24,219 bases of DNA, taken from positions 1 through 24,219 of the forward strand of contig JBNLAL010000001.1 of NCBI GenBank assembly GCA_050302115.1, given 5' to 3'. The DNA is from Gammaproteobacteria bacterium (lineage in GTDB: Bacteria > Pseudomonadota > Gammaproteobacteria > Eutrophobiales > Eutrophobiaceae). Under the pieces are notes generated by a model, which ran no database searches, had not been told where the DNA came from, and saw only the letters and a program-made list of their open reading frames with translations. This document shows positions 17,831-24,219 of the stretch, one piece after another; the first letter of the stretch is position 1, and each line of letters starts with the position of its first letter. The translations under genes and the position numbers were made by a program.

Positions 17831-19066
17831 TTAAAAATTACCCTGAAACCAACTCTTCATTCTTTCTAAAACACCTTTAACACCTTCATTCACATTAATT
17901 TGTGGCATACCTTCATGTGCCTGCCGTTTTCCAAATAACAATAAACCTACACCTGTTGCGTAAATTGGACTTTTGACTACATCGGACAAACCCATAACAT
18001 ATTGGGGAACACCTAGACGAACCGGCATATGAAAAATTTCTTCTGCCAATTCAATCACTCCTTCCATCTTTGAACTTCCACCCGTTAAAACTATACCTGC
18101 CGCAATTAAACTCTCGTATCCGCTACGTCTTAACTCGGCCTGAACTAAAGTAAACAATTCTTCATAACGTGGTTGCACTACTTCTGCCAAAGTTTGCCTG
18201 GCCAAGCGACGCGATGGCCGATCCCCTACACTGGGGACTTCAATCGTTTCATCATGATTTGCGAGTTGTGTCAGCGCACAGGCATACTGAACTTTTATGT
18301 CTTCCGCATGCTGAGTAGGTGTACGCAAGGCAACAGCAATATCATTTGTTACTTGATCGCCTGCGATAGGAATAACCGCAGTATGATGAATAGCACCATC
18401 TGTAAATACAGCTATGTCCGTTGTTCCACCACCGATATCAATCATACAAACACCGAGGTCCTTTTCATCTTCCGTTAATACGGAATAACTGGAAGCAAGT
18501 TGCTCTAAAATAATATCGTCAACATCCAGACCACAACGGCGTACACATTTCACGATATTTTGTGCAGCACTAACGGCACCCGTTACCATGTGAACCTTGG
18601 ATTCAAGTCGAACACCCGACATACCTATCGGCTCTTTCACACCTTCCTGATTATCTATAATGAATTCCTGCGGGAGTATGTGCAGAATCTTCTGGTCAGC
18701 AGGTATGGCAACAGCTTTAGCAGCATCGATTACCCTGTCAACATCACCATAGGAAACTTCGTTGTCTCTTATCGCCACAATGCCATGCGAGTTGAGACTA
18801 CGTATATGACTACCGGCAATACCGGTAAATACAGAATGAATTTCACATCCTGCCATTAACTCCGCTTCTTCTATTGCCCGTTGAATCGAATGCACCGTTG
18901 ACTCAATATTTACAACGACACCCTTCTTTAAACCACGTGACTGGTTTGAGCCAATGCCGATAATTTCAATCTCATCATCAACAGTAATTTCACCGACGAT
19001 TGCAACGACCTTGGAAGTACCTATATCCAAACCAACGATCAAATTCTTGTCAGTTTTCTTAACCAT
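17831..19066 (-). CDS. ftsA: cell division protein FtsA (411 aa)
   Basis: VGLDIGTSKV, GLKKGVVVNIE, IDIGGGTTD, AGDQVTNDIA, LTGGSS, YATGVGLL, amphipathic C-terminal WFQGNF. Confidence 0.98.
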   Translation of the reverse strand: MVKKTDKNLIVGLDIGTSKVVAIVGEITVDDEIEIIGIGSNQSRGLKKGVVVNIESTVHSIQRAIEEAELMAGCEIHSVFTGIAGSHIRSLNSHGIVAIRDNEVSYGDVDRVIDAAKAVAIPADQKILHILPQEFIIDNQEGVKEPIGMSGVRLESKVHMVTGAVSAAQNIVKCVRRCGLDVDDIILEQLASSYSVLTEDEKDLGVCMIDIGGGTTDIAVFTDGAIHHTAVIPIAGDQVTNDIAVALRTPTQHAEDIKVQYACALTQLANHDETIEVPSVGDRPSRRLARQTLAEVVQPRYEELFTLVQAELRRSGYESLIAAGIVLTGGSSKMEGVIELAEEIFHMPVRLGVPQYVMGLSDVVKSPIYATGVGLLLFGKRQAHEGMPQINVNEGVKGVLERMKSWFQGNF

Positions 19067-19105
19067 GTATTACCTGCCTGTTGTCATCAAACCTAAATGT
19101 CAAAA

Positions 19106-19858
19106 TTATTGTTTCCATTTAATTGCAAACCCATTTGTATATCGCATATCAATCGACTCAGTCTGTTCAACACGGCCAGACAATGTTGTCGGAATTAAAT
19201 TTAAAAACCGTTCAAATCGTTGTTCAAAATCACGACGCCCCAGCACGACCTTGATGCCATTTGTTAAAAAGAAAGACCATGCACGACGTTCGTCAAGCAG
19301 GATTGCAGCAATATTGAAGCCGATTGATTTAACCCGCTCTTGCATACTATTGAATCTTTCCAACAAAATAACCTCTGTGCCTTTCGGCCCGTTTAGTACG
19401 GGCAAGTCGAGAGGGATCGTTGATGGTTCCGGGGCAAAATATTTGCCTTCATGATTTAGCAATCCTGATTCACCCCAACGTACTGCAGGAATTTCTTCAA
19501 TAACGATTACGCGTAACGCATCTGGCCAGACCCTTTGTACGGTTACTTCACTCACCCAGGGTTCCTCTAATAAAGCCAAACGAACGGCATCAACGTTTAG
19601 ACTGAAGAAGCCACCTCTCACTTTATCAGTAACAAGCAACTGCAAATCGACTGGTGATAGCCGTGTAAAATCACCTTCGATACGAACCTGTTTTATCGGT
19701 AACGTATCAGGGTTAGTCAAATACATGGCTCCCCATAACAATAATGAAAACACAGTAATGACAAGAAGCGTTCCAATAAAACGCGGTCCACGTTTATGTG
19801 AATGATCAATCTTATCGAAATTTAATTTTTGTGGATCAGCAACCATATCGATACCCAT
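19106..19858 (-). CDS. ftsQ: cell division protein FtsQ (~250 aa)
   Basis: One N-terminal TM helix, POTRA domain (LPIKQVRIEG...EPWV...RVWPDAL), C-terminal IDMRYTNGFAI. Coupled to ddl by TGATG; an alternative start at 19846 is possible. Confidence 0.93.
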   Translation of the reverse strand: MGIDMVADPQKLNFDKIDHSHKRGPRFIGTLLVITVFSLLLWGAMYLTNPDTLPIKQVRIEGDFTRLSPVDLQLLVTDKVRGGFFSLNVDAVRLALLEEPWVSEVTVQRVWPDALRVIVIEEIPAVRWGESGLLNHEGKYFAPEPSTIPLDLPVLNGPKGTEVILLERFNSMQERVKSIGFNIAAILLDERRAWSFFLTNGIKVVLGRRDFEQRFERFLNLIPTTLSGRVEQTESIDMRYTNGFAIKWKQ

Positions 19859-20814
19859 CAGTTCTGTAACTCCACTTTGGAATCAACACAAAAACTTGTT
19901 GCCAATATCTGTATTACCAGTTCTTCAAAAGTGAGCCCTGCCTGTTTTGCTGCCATGGGAACCAGACTATGACTCGTCATACCCGGAACCGTGTTTACTT
20001 CTATCAACCAGGCCTGATTATTTTGATCAACCATCAGATCAACTCTGGCCCAACCGTTCACACCGAGTGATTCACAAGCCTTTAGGGCTATTTCACCCAG
20101 GCCTTTTTCAAAATTACTATCGAGTCCGCATGGACATATATACTGTGTGTCATCATCTTCGTACTTGGCCTGGTAATCATAGAATTCGCGTTTAGTTTCA
20201 AGCTTGATAACAGGCAAAACATTATTATTAAGTATCGGAACCGTGTATTCGTCACCAGTGATCCAGCTTTCTGCCAATACACGATTATCAAACTGATTTG
20301 CCTGACTCCAGGCAAATGATAATTTGTCTGCTTCCGTAACCTTGGAAGCCCCAATACTGGAACCTTCCCGAACAGGTTTAACCATGATAGGTAACCCCAG
20401 TTCCTCTGCTACATGTTTCCAATTACTTGTTGCATTCAGTTCAAATGAAGCAGGTGTTGGTAAACCTGCACTTTTCCATATTGCCTTACTACGGGTTTTG
20501 TCCATGGCCAATGCTGAACCTAAAACATCACTACCTGTATAAGGCAACCCTATTGTTTGTAATGCACCCTGAATCGTGCCGTCTTCACCGCCCCTTCCAT
20601 GCAATGCAATAAAGACACGATCAAACTTTTCATCGATCAACTTAACAAAAATATCTTTATTAAAATCGATAGCATGCGCATTAACACCAGCATTACAAAG
20701 TGCTTTGTATACGGCATGTCCACTTTCCAGAGAAATCACTCTTTCCGCAGATTGGCCTCCCATCAGGACAGCTACCTTGCCAAAATCCGATGCTTGATAC
20801 TCAGGTAACTGCAT
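19858..20814 (-). CDS. ddl: D-alanine--D-alanine ligase (DdlB type, 318 aa)
   Basis: KVAVLMGGQSAER, LHGRGGEDG, GSALAMDK, KPVREGSS, EVNTVPGMT. Omega-loop FYDYQAKY has Tyr, consistent with D-Ala-D-Ala specificity. Coupled to murB by TAATG. Confidence 0.97.
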   Translation of the reverse strand: MQLPEYQASDFGKVAVLMGGQSAERVISLESGHAVYKALCNAGVNAHAIDFNKDIFVKLIDEKFDRVFIALHGRGGEDGTIQGALQTIGLPYTGSDVLGSALAMDKTRSKAIWKSAGLPTPASFELNATSNWKHVAEELGLPIMVKPVREGSSIGASKVTEADKLSFAWSQANQFDNRVLAESWITGDEYTVPILNNNVLPVIKLETKREFYDYQAKYEDDDTQYICPCGLDSNFEKGLGEIALKACESLGVNGWARVDLMVDQNNQAWLIEVNTVPGMTSHSLVPMAAKQAGLTFEELVIQILATSFCVDSKVELQN

Positions 20815-21782
20815 TAATGTTTACCTCCGGTCTCAACGGATTCGCCAATAATCCTGACTTCCGGAATCAATCTAACCCTGTGCTTCTCATAAACCGTTTC
20901 CTGTATATAAGTAATCAGCCGCTCAATATCAGCGGCACTCGCATTGGCTGAGTTAATTATAAAATTTGCATGTTTTTCAGATACCGATGCGCCGCCGATT
21001 TGTTTGCCTTTTAGTCCACAACTGTCAATTAACCTTGCTGCGTGATCATCCGGCGGATTTCTAAATACAGAACCGCAACTTAATTGACCCAATGGCTGCG
21101 CATCAGCTCTAGCAGCTAATAGCTTTCGTATGCTTTGTTCTACTTTTTCTTTTTCAGATACTTCAAGCGTCAAACTTGCAGAGATAAACCATTCATCAGG
21201 TGACAATGAAACACTTCTATAGCCAATCTCAAAACTGTCTTTACCCAGACTCTTGATTTCACCTTTACGATTTATCGTTTCTACCTGATCAACATAACGC
21301 CAGATTTCACCACCATAGGCACCGGCATTCATGGCTAATGCTCCACCGACAGTACCCGGGATTCCGGCTAGAAATTCAATACCGCTAAGTCCATGTTTTC
21401 CTGCAAACCTGGCAACCTTGGCACAGGAAAGACCCGCGCCAATTTTGATTTCTGTTTTTCCAATCAACTCTAAAGTATCCAGCACTCCATTTACGGAAAT
21501 TACTACACCGTTTAATCCCCCATCACGCACCAGCAAGTTGCTACCAAATCCAACCCACGTGACGGGAACTTCCTTTGGTAACATCGACAAAAAGACAGCA
21601 AGATCTTCAAGATCTGACGGACGATAGTAATAGTCAACACAACCACCGGTCTTCCATGTCGTATAACGAGACATGGATTCCTGTTCTTTTAGTTTGCCTT
21701 TAAGCAAAGTATTATCGATTTCAATTTGCATACTGCTGCTAAACATCACCTGTGGTTTATATTCATTTTCTGCCAATCTCAT
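20814..21782 (-). CDS. murB: UDP-N-acetylenolpyruvoylglucosamine reductase MurB (short type II)
   Basis: TTWKTGG, GFGSNLLVRDGG, GIPGTVGGALAMNAGAYG, QP..SCGSVFRNP, VSEKHANF, LIPEV. Exact start uncertain (ATG at 21782, 21746 or 21731). Confidence 0.95.
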   Translation of the reverse strand: MRLAENEYKPQVMFSSSMQIEIDNTLLKGKLKEQESMSRYTTWKTGGCVDYYYRPSDLEDLAVFLSMLPKEVPVTWVGFGSNLLVRDGGLNGVVISVNGVLDTLELIGKTEIKIGAGLSCAKVARFAGKHGLSGIEFLAGIPGTVGGALAMNAGAYGGEIWRYVDQVETINRKGEIKSLGKDSFEIGYRSVSLSPDEWFISASLTLEVSEKEKVEQSIRKLLAARADAQPLGQLSCGSVFRNPPDDHAARLIDSCGLKGKQIGGASVSEKHANFIINSANASAADIERLITYIQETVYEKHRVRLIPEVRIIGESVETGGKH

Positions 21783-21787
21783 AACGC

Positions 21788-23209
21788 TTAGTTCAATGTT
21801 CCGGAATAGCGTTGGTAAAGATCCCTGGAAGTAGATCCTATGTCTCCTGCACCTAACGTTAACAACAGATCATTGTCTTTAAGTAAATCAGGTAAGACCT
21901 CAAATATATCTTCATTATGTTCTACAAACACTGGATCAACACGACCACGTAAACGAATAGCACGACATAATGAACGGCTGTCTGCACCGGCAATCGGTGC
22001 TTCACCAGCAGGATAAACTTCAAGCATAAGCAAACTATCGGTTTGCGATAACACCTGACTAAAGTCTTCAAATAAATCACGCATACGTGTGTAACGATGC
22101 GGTTGATAAATAACAACCAAGCGTCTATCCGGCCAACCTGATCGTATTGCCTGAAAACATGCGGCAATTTCTGTCGGGTGATGTGCATAATCATCAATCA
22201 AAGTGACTTTACTATCATTGATTGTGATATCACCATGCACATGACAACGTCTCGAAATACCCTGAAAGTTTTTCAAAGCATCAATAATATTTTTGTCATC
22301 TATTTCCAGTTCATGAGCAACTGCAATAGACGCCAATGCATTTAAAAGATTATGTTTGCCGGGAAGATTAAGTTCGATCTCTAGCCAGTCTTTTTTATCT
22401 CTGCGTGAAACCTTAAACCAGGTTTTGTTTTGTTCCTGCCGAATTAATTCAGCATTGTAATCCGCTTCGAAATCAATCCCGTAAGTCACAACTGGTTTAG
22501 TTACTTCAGGTAAAATTTTTCTGACACCTTCATCATCTATACAAAGTACGGCCAGACCATAAAATGGTAATTGATGTAAAAACTCGACAAAGTTATGCCG
22601 CAAATTGGCAAAATCTCCACCGTAGGTTTCAAGATGATCTGCATCAATATTAGTAATGACGGAGATGATAGGATACAGATGTAAAAATGAGGCATCACTC
22701 TCATCTGCTTCGGCCACAATATATTTACCGCTACCCAGTCGTGCATGAGAACCTGAACTATTTAATAAACCGCCAATAACATAAGTTGGATCGAGACCAC
22801 CTTCGGCCAGCACACTGGCAACCAGACTCGTCGTTGTCGTCTTTCCATGTGTCCCGGCTATAGCTATTCCCTTACTAAACCGCATTAATTCGGCCAACAT
22901 TTCCGCACGTCTTACAACTGGAACTCTATTGTTTTTCGCTTCTACAAGCTCAGGATTGTCTGTTGCAATAGCACTGGTAATAACGACAACATCACTGTCT
23001 TTTATATTCTCCGGTGCATGACCAATTGATATTTCAATATCAAGTTTCCTCAAGCGTTTAGTAATCGCACTTTCCCTTATATCGGATCCGGTTATTGTGT
23101 AACCCAGGTTTTTAAGAACTTCAGCAATGCCACCCATGCCGGCACCACCTATACCTATAAAGTGAATATGTTTTACTCGCCCCATTCCATGTGTCTGTAT
23201 ATCAGGCAT
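21788..23209 (-). CDS. murC: UDP-N-acetylmuramate--L-alanine ligase MurC (473 aa)
   Basis: [56 protein letters not shown]. Start placed at ATG 23209, preceded by GGAGGTG and overlapping the murG end; the ORF track's 23236 start is probably too far upstream. Confidence 0.97.
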   Translation of the reverse strand: MPDIQTHGMGRVKHIHFIGIGGAGMGGIAEVLKNLGYTITGSDIRESAITKRLRKLDIEISIGHAPENIKDSDVVVITSAIATDNPELVEAKNNRVPVVRRAEMLAELMRFSKGIAIAGTHGKTTTTSLVASVLAEGGLDPTYVIGGLLNSSGSHARLGSGKYIVAEADESDASFLHLYPIISVITNIDADHLETYGGDFANLRHNFVEFLHQLPFYGLAVLCIDDEGVRKILPEVTKPVVTYGIDFEADYNAELIRQEQNKTWFKVSRRDKKDWLEIELNLPGKHNLLNALASIAVAHELEIDDKNIIDALKNFQGISRRCHVHGDITINDSKVTLIDDYAHHPTEIAACFQAIRSGWPDRRLVVIYQPHRYTRMRDLFEDFSQVLSQTDSLLMLEVYPAGEAPIAGADSRSLCRAIRLRGRVDPVFVEHNEDIFEVLPDLLKDNDLLLTLGAGDIGSTSRDLYQRYSGTLN

Positions 23210-24219
23210 GCACCACCTCCATACAACGCTCAACAACCGTATCAGTTGCTTTTGGTTGTGCTAAAGTACGTGCCTTCATTGCCATCTCCAGACACTTTCC
23301 TGATGCATGGCATAAATCAGAAAGAATTTCTTTAATCTTGTCGACGGTGAGTTGTGCTTCCTGTAACAGTATGGCCGCGCCGTTTGAAGACAGATACTTT
23401 GCATTTGCCGTTTGGTGATCATCAACTGCATAAGGGAAAGGAATTAATATCGAACCAACACCACATGCGGCCAGCTCGGCAATAGTTAACGCACCGGCTC
23501 GACAAATTACAATATCCGCCCAGGCATAGGTTGATGCCATATCCTCAATAAAAGGTAACACCTCTGCTTTTACATTCACATCTGCATAAGCCCTCTTTGT
23601 TATATCCAGATGTTTTTCACCACATTGATGTTTAATTTCAAGCTGGCAATTACCCAACAGAGAAAATGCTTCTGGTAAAACCTGGTTCAAACGTAATGCT
23701 CCAAGACTTCCACCTAAAACCAATATCCGAAAACGTTCTTTGTCATGCTCGGCAAAACGCTCTTCAGGTTTCGCAAGATTAATGACTTCATTCCTGACCG
23801 GGTTGCCCGTTATGGTCAACTTGCTTGATTGTTTAAATGCATCAGGAAATGCAGACAAGATAGATACTGCAAAGGGCGCCAGTAAACGATTAGTCAATCC
23901 AGCAATCGCATTTTGTTCATGGATTAATAAGGGGATATGCATTAACCAGGCTGCTATACCTCCCGGACCACTGGCAAAACCGCCCATGCCCAGTACTACT
24001 GCAGGTTTAATCCTGATCATTATTGATATGGCTTGCAGCAGGGCAATAAACAACATAAATGGAGTAAGTAATAAACGAAGGAAGCCCTTACCCCTGATAC
24101 CTGCCACATTAATCTTTAATAAAGGATAGCCTCGTTTGGGTACAAGGTTTGATTCCATACCTTTATCAGTACCTAACCAAAACAGATTGAAGCCTTTCTC
24201 TTTCAATCGATCAGCCACT
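23202..24219 (-). CDS. murG: undecaprenyl-PP-MurNAc-pentapeptide GlcNAc transferase MurG, 5'-truncated by the window edge
   Basis: [56 protein letters not shown]. The N-terminal GGTGGH motif is not in the window, so the GTG at 24218 is internal. Confidence 0.96.
   Translation of the reverse strand, partial: VADRLKEKGFNLFWLGTDKGMESNLVPKRGYPLLKINVAGIRGKGFLRLLLTPFMLFIALLQAISIMIRIKPAVVLGMGGFASGPGGIAAWLMHIPLLIHEQNAIAGLTNRLLAPFAVSILSAFPDAFKQSSKLTITGNPVRNEVINLAKPEERFAEHDKERFRILVLGGSLGALRLNQVLPEAFSLLGNCQLEIKHQCGEKHLDITKRAYADVNVKAEVLPFIEDMASTYAWADIVICRAGALTIAELAACGVGSILIPFPYAVDDHQTANAKYLSSNGAAILLQEAQLTVDKIKEILSDLCHASGKCLEMAMKARTLAQPKATDTVVERCMEVVHA

Noticed and set aside
19067-19105. Perfect TTGACA on the minus strand between ftsQ and ftsA
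   Set aside because: No -10 hexamer at 16-18 nt spacing.
20814-21782. Short type II murB inside the dcw cluster as a sign of horizontal transfer
   Set aside because: murC-murB-ddl with a short MurB is common in several non-enteric proteobacterial lineages; composition matches neighbours and the gene is translationally coupled to ddl.
1-24219. Mobile elements, CRISPR arrays, tRNA/rRNA, toxin-antitoxin or defence genes
   Set aside because: All long ORFs are assigned to housekeeping families, the largest intergenic gap is 143 bp, and I saw no repeat-spacer pattern, terminal inverted repeats or tRNA-like fold.

Overview
Core chromosomal DNA of a moderately AT-rich gammaproteobacterium (roughly 40% GC by eye), almost fully coding and in a largely ancestral gene order. 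The + strand carries the 3' part of a glutamate dehydrogenase, clpB (with a consensus sigma32 promoter) and pilB-pilC-pilD-coaE-zapD-yacG. The - strand carries the end of the dcw cluster (murG partial, murC, murB, ddl, ftsQ, ftsA, ftsZ, lpxC), then an M23 peptidase, secA, argJ and a MutT/thiamine-phosphate-synthase-like fusion, with dciA (DUF721) inserted in the opposite orientation. I found no mobile element, CRISPR array, RNA gene, defence island or unexplained large ORF, and I cannot support a new multi-gene system here. The best leads are at protein and regulatory level: (1) a GDH with an animal/ciliate-type antenna insertion but altered GTP/ADP-site residues; (2) a PilB that has lost all four zinc-binding cysteines; (3) a sigma54-type -24/-12 element overlapping a sigma70 -10 upstream of lpxC; (4) dciA embedded antisense with no room for terminators (possible non-contiguous operon); (5) a probably non-catalytic ThiE-like domain fused to MutT. 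All assignments come from motif recognition by eye; no database searches were run.
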